A DNA stretch of 64,000 nt. Source: an uncultured Solirubrobacteraceae bacterium. Its GTDB lineage: Bacteria > Actinomycetota > Thermoleophilia > Solirubrobacterales > Solirubrobacteraceae. The stretch is taken from positions 278,544 to 342,543 of the forward strand of contig CAVQNP010000007.1 of NCBI GenBank assembly GCA_963714215.1. The letters run 5' to 3'. The notes below the pieces were generated by a model. That model did not search any database. It was not told the origin of the DNA and saw only the letters and a list, made by a program, of their open reading frames with translations. The translations under genes were made by a program, and so were the position numbers. Shown here in pieces: positions 1 through 8,885 of this stretch; the first letter of the stretch is position 1, and every line of letters begins with the position of its first letter.

Positions 1-529
1 GCTCGGCGGAGCCCGAGATCGCGTGCGCGTAAGCGTTGACCGCCACGGCGTCGGCGTCGGGCGCGATCGCCGCGATCAGGTCGCGGATCCGCTCGACGGT
101 GGCGAAGCGCAGCTCGGCGATCTCCCCAGCAGCGCCGCCGGCGAGCTCGACGCCGCCGAACAGCACCGCCCAGCGCTGGCCTCGGCGCTCGACGAACTCG
201 AAGTAGGCGCCCGTCCCGCGCTCGACCATCTCGCGCGGCGTGCTTGCACTCGCCACCGCCGTCAGGATCATCTCCTCGAGCTCGCCGCGCGCGCGGCGCA
301 GGCAGGCGAGGTAGACGCCCTCCTTGTCGCCGAAATGGTCGTAGACGATCGGTCGTGACACGCCTGCGATCTTTGCGATCACCTCGATCGAAGCACCGCC
401 GTAGCCGTGCAGCGCAAACTGCTCCTCGGCCACGTCGAGTAGCTGTTGCTCGCGCACCTGCCGCGGCACCTGCCCGTGCCGGTAGCCGCTGACGAGAGCA
501 GGGGAATCTGTGGCGTCGCGGGTGCTCAG
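1..529 (-). CDS. TetR/AcrR family regulator (3' end beyond the window; absent from the ORF track)
   Basis: Manual minus-strand translation: ...VPRQVREQQLLDVAEEQFALHGYGGASIEVIAKIAGVSRPIVYDHFGDKEGVY..., a TetR HTH. Start is either CTG at 529 (7 nt after -10 TAAACT) or GTG at 469. Confidence 0.88.
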   Translation of the reverse strand, partial: MSTRDATDSPALVSGYRHGQVPRQVREQQLLDVAEEQFALHGYGGASIEVIAKIAGVSRPIVYDHFGDKEGVYLACLRRARGELEEMILTAVASASTPREMVERGTGAYFEFVERRGQRWAVLFGGVELAGGAAGEIAELRFATVERIRDLIAAIAPDADAVAVNAYAHAISGSAE

Positions 530-545
530 GACTTCGAGTTTACAA

Positions 546-560
546 CCCGTAGGTTACGGG
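546..560. promoter_or_regulatory. Palindrome CCCGTA-ggt-TACGGG, candidate TetR operator
   Basis: Inverted repeat beside the TetR -10, in the divergent TetR/pentapeptide intergenic region. Confidence 0.4.
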
Positions 561-601
561 AAATAAGGCTCCGCGCAGGCCCGATCTGCTTGGCTTGTGC
601 G

Positions 602-1256
602 GTGCCCGTCGCCGCCGGTCCGCCCGACCCACCGGAGCTCCCGACCGAGCTGGCTCCGCTCGACGGCGCCTCGATCGAATCGGAGGCGAGCTTCGTCGAG
701 GTCGAGCTGAGTGGCGACTCGTGGCCGGGTCTGCAGGCAAAGGACGTCTCGTTCAAAGCGAGCAGGCTCGCGAACGTCGACCTCTCGGGGGCCGTGCTCG
801 AACGACTCTGGCTGAGCCAGTGCGAGCTGAAGGGCTGCAATCTCGCGAACCTCGACGCCAAGGCTGCGCGCGTGCAGAAGACGCGGATCGCGGACAGCCG
901 GATGACGGGCATCGCGTTCGCCGAGGCGACGCTCAGCGACGTGACGTTCAGCGGCTGCCGCATCGACCTCGCCGCGTTCGGCTTCGCCAAGCTCGAGCGC
1001 GTCACGTTCGAGGACTGCCTGCTCGCACAGAGCGACTTCCTCGAAGACGCGGCTGCAGCACGTTCGCTTCCACGACTGCGACCTCACGGGCGCCGAATTC
1101 CGCGGCGCGCGCCTTCAGACGTGCGAGTTCCGGCGCAGCAGCCTGAGCGGGGTCGAGCACGTGAGCAGCCTGCGCGGCGCCGCGCTCGAATGGCCGTACA
1201 TCGTCGAGCTCGCCGGAGTCTGGGCGGCGGAGCTGGGCATCGGCGTGCTCGAGTGA
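602..1256 (+). CDS. Pentapeptide-repeat protein (MfpA/Qnr-like fold), apparent +1 frameshift near 1045
   Basis: Repeats ANVDLSGAVL, GCNLANLDA, DVTFSGCRI. After the shift it continues TRLQHVRFHDCDLTGAEFRGARL...ELAGVWAAELGIGVLE* (TGA 1254-1256). Confidence 0.85.
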
Positions 1257-1352
1257 CTTCGCCGGTCTGATTGTCGTCAATTAATTACGAGAAAGAGAAC
1301 AACCGACGCAATCTCTCCAGCGCTCGGTTCCTGCGTAGCCGGATTCTCTTTT

Positions 1353-1396
1353 GTTCACCAGCTGGCAACGACTCGGTAACAGCTGGGACACGCCCG
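1353..1396 (+). promoter_or_regulatory. Four 11-bp-periodic direct repeats (PHO-box/GlnR-box-like)
   Basis: GTTCACCAGCT GGCAACGACTC GGTAACAGCTG GGACACGCCCG, upstream of -10-like TAGCTT at about 1413. Confidence 0.5.
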
Positions 1397-1481
1397 CGGC
1401 TCCGGCGCGGCTTAGCTTCCCCGGCACCGCAGCCAGGTTCGGGGGCCGCGGACAGTCAACTTCTACGGAGGGATCGTTGCC

Positions 1482-4400
1482 GTGCCGAAAATCGCCGCTG
1501 CCAGCAGTTACCGGGCCGGGCTTCGCCCCGCACTGCTCGCGCTCGCCGCGTGTCTCGTCTCGCTCGCTTTCGGCGTCGCGCAGGCGCGCGCGGCGCTGAC
1601 CCCCGGTGACGTCGTCGTCTACCGCGTCGGCAACGGCGGCACGCTCGGCGGCTCGGCCGTGCCGGTGTTCTTCGACGAGTACGACGCCACGGGCAAACTC
1701 GTCGAATCGATCGCGCTGCCGACGGTGGTGAGCGGCTCCAACCACCGCTTCACCGCCAGCGGCTCGGCGAGCTCGGAGGGCCTCTTGACGCTCTCGGCAA
1801 ACGGCCAGTACCTGATGGCGACGGGCTACGACGCCGCGGTCGGCACGTCGAAAATCGGCGAAACGCTCTCGGCCAGCACCCCGCGCACGGTGGCGCGCGT
1901 GAGCGCCGGCGGCGAAGTCAACACGAGCACTGCGCTGACCGACTTCGGCAACGGCAACAACCCGCGCGGCGCGACGAGCACCGACGGCACGAGCATCTGG
2001 GTCGGCGGCGCGGGCAAAAGCACGACCGGCGGTGTCCACTTCACGACGCTCGGCTCGAGCACCTCGACGCTGATGAGCTCGACGGACACGAACGCGCGCG
2101 CGGTCGCCATCTTCGGCGGTCAGCTCTACACCTCCGCGGACCCGACCAAGGAAGGGATCAACATCGCCACCGTCGGCAGCGGCACGCCGACGACGGGTGG
2201 TCAGACGACTTCGAACCTTCCCTTCGCCACGGCTCCGACCCAGCCCTACGCGTTCAGTCTCGTAACGCTCGGCGTCGGCCCGGGAGCCGACACGATGTAC
2301 GTGGCCGACAACAGCGCCGGCGCGGTCGTGAAGTTCGGGCTCGTGGCCGGCAAATGGACGAAAGAGGGCTCGGTCGCGGTGACCGGCGTTACCGGCGTGA
2401 CCGCCGATGACGTCAACGGCACCGTGACGATCTTCGCCACGACCAGCGGCGCCTCGGGCGAAGGCGGGGTGCTCTACGCGATCACCGACGCAAGCGGCGT
2501 CGGCGGCACGCTCTCGGGAGCGGCCACGCAGATCGCGACGGCGCCCTCTGGCGAGGCGTTCCGCGGGGTCTCCTTCGCGCCGGGCACGGTCTTCGGCTCG
2601 GGCGGTACGCCGCCTCCGCCGGCGCCCACGATCACGCCCGAGGAGACGGCCCTGCCCGCGGCGATCGGCGATCCGACGAACGCGACGCTCCCGATCAAAG
2701 TCTCAGAGGAAGGCGTCGAACCGAGCGAACTGACCGTCACGGCCGGCTCCTCGAACACGAGCGTCGCCCCGAGCGCTGAAGTCAGCGGCAGCGACGCGAC
2801 GCGCACGCTGACGGTCACGCCCGGCGCCACGGTCGGTCATTCGACGATCAAACTGACCGTCAAAGCGCCGGGCGGCGGCGAAGCTTCGACGACCGTCGAC
2901 TACGGCCTCTCGGCCGACCAGGGCGACGCAAGCGATCGCTACTACGCGGGCGCCGGCAACGGCTCGACCGCGATCGACGTCGGCGGTGGCTACATGATCG
3001 TCGGCGACGACGAGAGCAACGTGCTGCGTCTCTACCACGAGCGCAACTCGGGCGAGCCGACGAAGACGTTCGACTTCACGAAAGTGCTGCCGGTCGGCAC
3101 CAGCGAAGCCGACATCGAGGCCTCCGCCCGCGTCGGCAACACGCTCTACTGGATGGGCTCGCTGTCGAACAAGAAGAGCGGCAAACTCGCGCCCGAACAC
3201 GACATCGTGTTCGCCGCCACGCTGAGCGGGTCCGGTGCGTCGACCGAATTGACGTATCTCGGCAGCTACACCCACCTGCGCGAGGATATGGTCGCCTGGG
3301 ACGAAGCCAACGGCGACCCGCTCGGACTGGCGGCCTCGACCGCGAGCGGCCTGCCCTCGAACGAGGCCGACGGCTTCAACGCCGAGGGCCTCGAATTCGC
3401 GGCTGGCTCCAGTGAAGAAGCCTACGTCGCGTTCCGCGCTCCGCTGGAGCCGCCGAACGACCGCAAAGACGCGCTGCTGATTCCGGTGACCAACTTCGCC
3501 TCGCTCGTCACGCACGGCAACCCCGGCAGCACGCCCGCGACGTTCGGCGCACCGCTTCAGTGGAACCTCGGCGGCCTCGCGCTGCGCGAGATCCGCCGCA
3601 ACGCCGACGGCGAATTCCTCGCCATTGCGGGCACCTCCACCGACGCGAACTCGCAGTTCGGGCTGTACGCGTGGGACGGCAACCCCGCCCACCAGCCGGT
3701 GCTGACCGAAACGGCGCTGTCCTCGGTGGCCGAAGGCGCGTGGGAGGACATCGTGTCGGTACCCGACCCGATCGCGAACGGCTCGACGGTCGAACTGCTC
3801 GAGGACAACGGCGAAAGCGTCTGGTACGCGGACGGGCTGACCTCGAAGACCGGGATGCCTGCTCCGCTGCAGAAGGACATCGGCCGCGTGTTCACGATCT
3901 CGCTCGCGGCGACCGGCGCGCCGGGCGCGCCGCAGCTCTCCGCCGGCACGAACCCCGACCAGGGGGCCTTCACGCTCGCTTGGGAAGCGTCGAGCTCGGC
4001 GGGCGCGACCTACACGCTCCAGCACGAGAACGCCGAAGGCGGCTGGAGCACGGTGGCCAGCGGGCTGAGCAGCCCCGAATACGCCTTCACCACCGGTAGC
4101 CCCGAGGCCGAGGGAACGTGGACGTATCGCGCGATCGCCGTGGCCGGCGGCAAAGAAAGCGAACCCTCCGCGCCGTCGAGTCAGGTCGTGGTCGATCGCA
4201 CGCCGCCGTCGCTCGAAATCTCCTGTCCGGCCACGGCCGTGCTCGGCCAGAGCGGCGTGACGGCGACGGTCACGGCCGCCGATGGCCAGTCCGGCCTGGC
4301 GGTCGACCCGAGCGGCACGGTGCCGATCGACACCTCGAAAGCCGGTGCCGTCACGATCGAACGGACTGCCGTCGACAACGTCGGGCTTTCCACGACGGGC

Positions 4401-4913
4401 TCCTGCATCACTCAGGTCGTGCACAGCAAGGTGATCTCGGGCACGGTCAAAGGCAAGCTCGTCGTCAAATCCGGCGAAGCGGTCGAACTCGCCCCGACGG
4501 CGGTGACGCGCAACGTCGAAGTCCAGTCCGGCGGTGCACTAGACATCAACGGCGCCAAGACGGCCGCGATCAAGTCGAGCGGCGCCACCGTGATCCGCAT
4601 CTGCGGCGCAACCGTCGGCGGCATGGTGAAGATCGCCGGCTCGAGTGCTCAGACGGTGATCGGCGACGAAGCGGGCTGCGCGCCGAGCAAACTCACGCAC
4701 GGCGCGGTCCTGTCCGGCGACACGGGCGGCCAGACGGTGATCGGCAACACGATCGGCGGCCGCCTGTCTGTCACGGGCGGTGCGGGCGGCACGACGGTCA
4801 CGCACAACACGATCGCCAAAGCGCTGATCGTCAGCGGCAACGCGGGCGAAGTGCTCGACACGCCGAACACCGTCGGCGGCCGCGTCAAGACCCAGAGCCG
4901 CAAGCTGCGCTAG
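1482..4913 (+). CDS. Large secreted multidomain protein: N-terminal beta-rich domain, Ig-like, DUF3616-like propeller, FN3-like, C-terminal beta-helix
   Basis: Signal peptide (AQARA), GGAGG RBS. Motifs IVGDDESNVLRLY, DIEASARVGNTLYWMGS, FNAEGLEF, AFRAPL; FN3-like TLAWEAS...TYTLQ...TWTYRAIAV. Confidence 0.8.
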   Translation: MPKIAAASSYRAGLRPALLALAACLVSLAFGVAQARAALTPGDVVVYRVGNGGTLGGSAVPVFFDEYDATGKLVESIALPTVVSGSNHRFTASGSASSEGLLTLSANGQYLMATGYDAAVGTSKIGETLSASTPRTVARVSAGGEVNTSTALTDFGNGNNPRGATSTDGTSIWVGGAGKSTTGGVHFTTLGSSTSTLMSSTDTNARAVAIFGGQLYTSADPTKEGINIATVGSGTPTTGGQTTSNLPFATAPTQPYAFSLVTLGVGPGADTMYVADNSAGAVVKFGLVAGKWTKEGSVAVTGVTGVTADDVNGTVTIFATTSGASGEGGVLYAITDASGVGGTLSGAATQIATAPSGEAFRGVSFAPGTVFGSGGTPPPPAPTITPEETALPAAIGDPTNATLPIKVSEEGVEPSELTVTAGSSNTSVAPSAEVSGSDATRTLTVTPGATVGHSTIKLTVKAPGGGEASTTVDYGLSADQGDASDRYYAGAGNGSTAIDVGGGYMIVGDDESNVLRLYHERNSGEPTKTFDFTKVLPVGTSEADIEASARVGNTLYWMGSLSNKKSGKLAPEHDIVFAATLSGSGASTELTYLGSYTHLREDMVAWDEANGDPLGLAASTASGLPSNEADGFNAEGLEFAAGSSEEAYVAFRAPLEPPNDRKDALLIPVTNFASLVTHGNPGSTPATFGAPLQWNLGGLALREIRRNADGEFLAIAGTSTDANSQFGLYAWDGNPAHQPVLTETALSSVAEGAWEDIVSVPDPIANGSTVELLEDNGESVWYADGLTSKTGMPAPLQKDIGRVFTISLAATGAPGAPQLSAGTNPDQGAFTLAWEASSSAGATYTLQHENAEGGWSTVASGLSSPEYAFTTGSPEAEGTWTYRAIAVAGGKESEPSAPSSQVVVDRTPPSLEISCPATAVLGQSGVTATVTAADGQSGLAVDPSGTVPIDTSKAGAVTIERTAVDNVGLSTTGSCITQVVHSKVISGTVKGKLVVKSGEAVELAPTAVTRNVEVQSGGALDINGAKTAAIKSSGATVIRICGATVGGMVKIAGSSAQTVIGDEAGCAPSKLTHGAVLSGDTGGQTVIGNTIGGRLSVTGGAGGTTVTHNTIAKALIVSGNAGEVLDTPNTVGGRVKTQSRKLR

Positions 4914-4937
4914 CGCACGCTGCAGGTGCGCGATGGG

Positions 4938-4986
4938 GGCGCGGGACGGAGGCGGGCAGACCGAGGCCCGGCCTCCGCCCGGCGCC
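4938..4986 (+). terminator. GC-rich stem-loop after the secreted-protein gene
   Basis: GGCGC..CGGAGGCGGGC / GCCCGGCCTCCG..GGCGCC inverted repeat; no U-tract. Confidence 0.45.
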
Positions 4987-5047
4987 TTCAGATCGTTCGA
5001 TATTTCGGCCAACGTTCTTTATGAACGCTTGGCAGTAGGTTGCAGAG

Positions 5048-5968
5048 ATGACGGGAGCAACTGCGCACGGGGAGCGAGATGCGGGCTCCGAGCACCGGCG
5101 CGGGCAGGCCTACGCGCTGGCCGCCGCGCTGGCGTGGTCTACGGGCGGCATCCTCCAGCGTCAGGTGTCGGCGGGCGCGGCCGACCAGATCGTCGGCCGC
5201 GCGATGTTCGCCTTCGTCGCCGTGCTCGCGTTCGTCCGGTTCGGCGAAGGAACCGGTCTGCGCGCGGCAGTGCGTTCGGTGGCGAACACGGCCGGGCTCG
5301 TCGTCGCGGCGGGCATCGCTGCGGCCTCGGCGACGTTCATCATCGCGCTCAACCACACGAGCGTCGCGCACGTGCTCGTGATCCAGGCGATCACGCCGAT
5401 CCTCGCCGGGCTGTTCGCGTTCTGGACGCTGCGCGAGCCGCTCTCGGCACGCACGTGGGGGGCGATGCTGCTCGCCGTGCTCGGCATCGCCGTGATGGTC
5501 GGCGTGCCGCACGGAGGCAACGCGCTGGGCGAGCTGATGGCCTTCCTCTCGCCGCTCTCGTTCGCCGTCGTGATCGTCGTCGCCCGCCGCCAGCGGCACG
5601 TGTCGATGACCCCGGCGACGGCGCTAGCGCAGCTGATGCTGATCGTGTTCGTACTGCCGTTCGTGCACGCCGGCCAGCTGCACGGCTCCGACGTCGGCTG
5701 GCTGGCGCTGCTCGGGCTCGGCCAGCAGGGCTTCGGCCTCGTCTTCTTCACGATGGGCGCGCGCCTGATCCCGGCCGCCGCGATGGGCCTGATCCTGCTG
5801 CTCGAGTCCGTGCTCGGCGCCGTCTGGGGCTGGCTCGGCACCTCCGAAGGGCCGAACGTGTCGACCGTGCTCGGCGGCCTGATCGTGCTCGGTGCCGTCG
5901 CGATCAAGCTGCGCGAGGACAACGCGCGTGCCGCGCGCGAGCAGGCCGCCGTGGCTACTCTCCCGTGA
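5048..5968 (+). CDS. DMT/EamA family transporter
   Basis: About 10 hydrophobic segments in two EamA repeats (LAAALAWSTGG; LREPLS; LLESVLGAVWGWL). Leaderless TAGGTT-N6-ATG. Confidence 0.85.
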   Translation: MTGATAHGERDAGSEHRRGQAYALAAALAWSTGGILQRQVSAGAADQIVGRAMFAFVAVLAFVRFGEGTGLRAAVRSVANTAGLVVAAGIAAASATFIIALNHTSVAHVLVIQAITPILAGLFAFWTLREPLSARTWGAMLLAVLGIAVMVGVPHGGNALGELMAFLSPLSFAVVIVVARRQRHVSMTPATALAQLMLIVFVLPFVHAGQLHGSDVGWLALLGLGQQGFGLVFFTMGARLIPAAAMGLILLLESVLGAVWGWLGTSEGPNVSTVLGGLIVLGAVAIKLREDNARAAREQAAVATLP

Positions 5969-5969
5969 G

Positions 5970-6533
5970 ATGAACCGGGTCCATGGCTTGATCTGCTCGT
6001 CGCGCTGGTGGGGGCGCACGGTCGAGCGCGAGCTGCTGCCGTGGGGACTGTCGAAGCTCGAGCTCGGCGAGGACGTGCTCGAGATCGGCCCCGGCTTCGG
6101 CGCCACGACGAAGGTGCTCGCCGAGCGTCCCGGCGCGCTGACCGTGCTCGAGCTCGACTCCGGCTACTGCGAGCGCCTGCGCCGCGAGCTGCCCGAGCGC
6201 GTGCGGGTCGTGCAGGGCGATGCGACCGCGATGCCCTTCGAGGACGGGCGCTTCTCGGCGGTCGTGTGCTTCACGATGCTGCACCACCTGCCTTCGCCCG
6301 CCGCGCAGGACGTGCTGCTCGGCGAGGCCGCGCGCGTGCTGCGCCCCGGTGGCGTGTTCGCCGGCACCGACAGCATCGGCACGAGCCGCTTCTTCCGCCT
6401 GCTGCACGTCGGCGACACGCTCGTCCCGATCGCGCCCGACGGGCTGGCGGCGCGCCTGCAGGCGGCCGGCCTGGCCGAGCAGGAGATCGCCAAGAGCGAG
6501 ACCTCCTTCCGCTTCCGCGCGCGCAAGTCGTGA
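5970..6533 (+). CDS. Class I SAM-dependent methyltransferase
   Basis: VLEIGPGFG motif I; GDATAMPFEDGRFSAVVCFTMLHH; RVLRPGG. Confidence 0.88.
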   Translation: MNRVHGLICSSRWWGRTVERELLPWGLSKLELGEDVLEIGPGFGATTKVLAERPGALTVLELDSGYCERLRRELPERVRVVQGDATAMPFEDGRFSAVVCFTMLHHLPSPAAQDVLLGEAARVLRPGGVFAGTDSIGTSRFFRLLHVGDTLVPIAPDGLAARLQAAGLAEQEIAKSETSFRFRARKS

Positions 6534-7309
6534 GCGAGCTCCAGTTCCTCGGCGCACTCGAGCTCGAGCTGCTTCGCCACCGCGAGCTGCACGCCGAGCG
6601 CCCCGCGCACGAGCTGTTTCAGACCTCGACCGTGCAGGCGCTGCTCGAGGGGGATTACGAGGGCGACGTGACGCTCGGCGAGATCCTCGAGCACGGCGAC
6701 CTCGGGCTGGGCACGCTCGACGGCCTCGACGGCGAGCTGATCGTGCTCGACGGGCAGGCTTGGAAGGCGAAGCTCGACTGCACGCTCGAGCGCCCCGCAC
6801 TGTCGGTCAAGTCCCCCTATGCCGTCGTCGTGCCGTTCACCGCCGGAGAGCCAGTTGCGCTGCGCGGGCCGTTCGGCGAGACCGAGCTCGAAGCGCAGCT
6901 CGGCGAGCGCGTCACGCGCGCATCGCGGCCGACGGCGATCCGCATCGACGGTCGCTTCGCTGAGGTGCACGTGCGCTCGGTCCCGCGCCAGCGCCCGCCC
7001 TACCGGCCGCTGGCCGAGGCGATCGAGCAACAGCAGGTCAGCGTGCTGGGGGAGGCGACGGGGACGATGATCGGCTTCTGCTTCCCCGACGCGCTCGACG
7101 GCATCGAGATGGTCGGCGCGCACCTGCACTTCATCGACGACGCGCGGCAGCGCGGCGGGCACGTGCTCAGCTACACGTTGCTGCAGGCGACGGCCTGGCT
7201 CGACGGGGCGACGGCGCTGCACGTCGAGCTGCCCGGCGACGTCGCCGCTCCGGATCACGGCGCGAGCATCGACCAGGCGGCGCTGCACCGGCTGGAGAGC
7301 GATCGCTGA
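6530..7309 (+). CDS. budA: Alpha-acetolactate decarboxylase
   Basis: LFQTSTVQALLEGDYEG, HGDLGLGTLDGLDGELIVLDG, VRSVPRQ, HLHFIDDARQRGGHVL (Zn ligands). GTGA overlap with the upstream gene. Confidence 0.9.
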   Translation: MSELQFLGALELELLRHRELHAERPAHELFQTSTVQALLEGDYEGDVTLGEILEHGDLGLGTLDGLDGELIVLDGQAWKAKLDCTLERPALSVKSPYAVVVPFTAGEPVALRGPFGETELEAQLGERVTRASRPTAIRIDGRFAEVHVRSVPRQRPPYRPLAEAIEQQQVSVLGEATGTMIGFCFPDALDGIEMVGAHLHFIDDARQRGGHVLSYTLLQATAWLDGATALHVELPGDVAAPDHGASIDQAALHRLESDR

Positions 7310-7369
7310 GAGCAGCAAGCCGCTCGCGGGCGAGGTTTTCGTCCTGCGCTCCGGTGGAATACTCAGAGC

Positions 7370-8422
7370 GTGCCCTACAACGCAGAGCTCGGCCCGACGC
7401 GCTACCTCGCCGCCGAGGATCGCTACGAGTCGATCCCCTACCGCCGCAGCGGGCGCAGCGGACTGAAGCTGCCGGTGATCTCGCTCGGGCTGTGGCAGAA
7501 CTTCGGCGACGACCGCCCGCTGCGCGACAGCCGCGCGATCCTCAGGCGCGCGTTCGACCTCGGTATCACGCACTTCGACCTGGCCAACAACTACGGCCCG
7601 CCCTACGGCAGCGCCGAGCTGAACTTCGGGCGCATCTTCGCCGAGGACCTGCGCCCGTATCGCGACGAGCTCGTGATCTCGACGAAGGCCGGCTACGACA
7701 TGTGGCCCGGCCCGTATGGCGAGTGGGGCTCGCGCAAGTACCTGCTCGCGAGCCTCGATGAGAGCCTCGCGCGGATGGGCCTCGAGTACGTCGACATCTT
7801 CTACTCGCACCGCTTCGACCCGCAGACGCCGCTGGAGGAGACGATGGGCGCGCTCGACGGCGCCGTGCGCGCGGGCAAGGCGTGCTACGTCGGCATCTCC
7901 TCCTACGGCCCCGAGCGCACCGAGCAGGCGGCGAAGCTGCTGCGCGAGCTGGGCACGCCGCTGTTGATCCACCAGCCGTCCTACTCGATGCTCAACCGCT
8001 GGATCGAGCGCGGGCTGCTCGACGTGCTCGAGCGCGAGGGGGTCGGCGCGATCGTCTTCTCGCCGCTCGCGCAGGGCCTGTTGACCGACAAGTACCTGCA
8101 TGGAGTGCAGGACGATTCGCGCGTGCGGCGAGGCAACTACTTCTCAGCCGAGATGATCACCGACGAGGTCCTTCAGCGTGTCGGCGCGCTCAACGAGATC
8201 GCCAAGCGCCGCGGACAGACGCTCGCGCAGCTGGCGATCTCGTGGGCGCTGCGCGACGAGCGCGTCAGCTCGGCGCTGCTCGGCGCCAGCAGCGTCGCGC
8301 AGCTCGAGCAGAACGTCGCGGCGCTGCAGCGCGTCGACTTCGATGAGGACGAGCTTGCCGAGATCGACCGCCACGCGGTCGACGCCGGCATCAACCTGTG
8401 GGCTGCATCGAGCGACGCCTGA
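7370..8422 (+). CDS. mgrA: Aldo/keto reductase, L-glyceraldehyde-3-phosphate reductase (YghZ/Gpr/MgrA type)
   Basis: SLGLWQNFG, GITHFDLANNYGPPYGSAE, STKAGYDMWPGPYGEWGSRKYL, IHQPSYSM. Confidence 0.9.
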   Translation: MPYNAELGPTRYLAAEDRYESIPYRRSGRSGLKLPVISLGLWQNFGDDRPLRDSRAILRRAFDLGITHFDLANNYGPPYGSAELNFGRIFAEDLRPYRDELVISTKAGYDMWPGPYGEWGSRKYLLASLDESLARMGLEYVDIFYSHRFDPQTPLEETMGALDGAVRAGKACYVGISSYGPERTEQAAKLLRELGTPLLIHQPSYSMLNRWIERGLLDVLEREGVGAIVFSPLAQGLLTDKYLHGVQDDSRVRRGNYFSAEMITDEVLQRVGALNEIAKRRGQTLAQLAISWALRDERVSSALLGASSVAQLEQNVAALQRVDFDEDELAEIDRHAVDAGINLWAASSDA

Positions 8423-8441
8423 GGCGCGCTACGCTGCGCGC

Positions 8442-8771
8442 GTGAGCACGCCGGAGTTCATCGCCAGCCGCTCGACGCCCACGGCGCCGGTCGCCGCCGG
8501 GACGCTGATCGCCGGCTACGCCGTCGCCGCCGGCAGCGGCTCGCGCCCGCTCGGCGGCGTCGTGCTGCTCGCCGGAGGGCTGTGGTGCGTGCGCGCGTGG
8601 ACGCGCCGCAACGGCCAGCGCACTGCGCTCGCGCTCGCCTGCGTCGGGCTCGCCGCGTTCGTTCTCTCGCACGTGCTCGCGCGCGCGATCGGCGCATGGC
8701 CGGCCGTGCTGCTCGTCGCCGCTGCGACCGGCGCCGCGGCGTGGGTGTACGCCGACGCGCGCGTCGACTGA
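8442..8771 (+). CDS. Small integral membrane protein (about 4 TM)
   Basis: Leaderless TACGCT-N6-GTG; hydrophobic helices; SHVLARAIGAWPAV. Confidence 0.7.
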   Translation: MSTPEFIASRSTPTAPVAAGTLIAGYAVAAGSGSRPLGGVVLLAGGLWCVRAWTRRNGQRTALALACVGLAAFVLSHVLARAIGAWPAVLLVAAATGAAAWVYADARVD

Positions 8772-8885
8772 CCCAAAACGCGCCGCCTGACAGTCGCACC
8801 GCGGGGCCGGGTCTGGGGGAGCACCCGACTGCTCGACCCCGGCGCGGTGGAGGCGTGAGTCCGCGCCGGAGTCGAGCTCGCGGGA

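Noticed and set aside
1482-4913. SGAS/SGAT strings as ApbE flavinylation sites in the DUF3616 protein
   Set aside because: They lack the upstream Asp context and are expected by chance in a Ser/Gly/Ala/Thr-rich protein.
4994-5030. LexA SOS box
   Set aside because: The arms read GTTC..GAAC, the reverse of the actinobacterial CGAAC-N4-GTTCG.
6164-8101. 645-aa minus-strand ORF and similar long shadow ORFs (2703-4424, 27232-28800, 31845-33581, 61397-62995)
   Set aside because: They are antisense to clearly recognisable genes; stop-free opposite frames are expected at this GC content, and they show no motifs.
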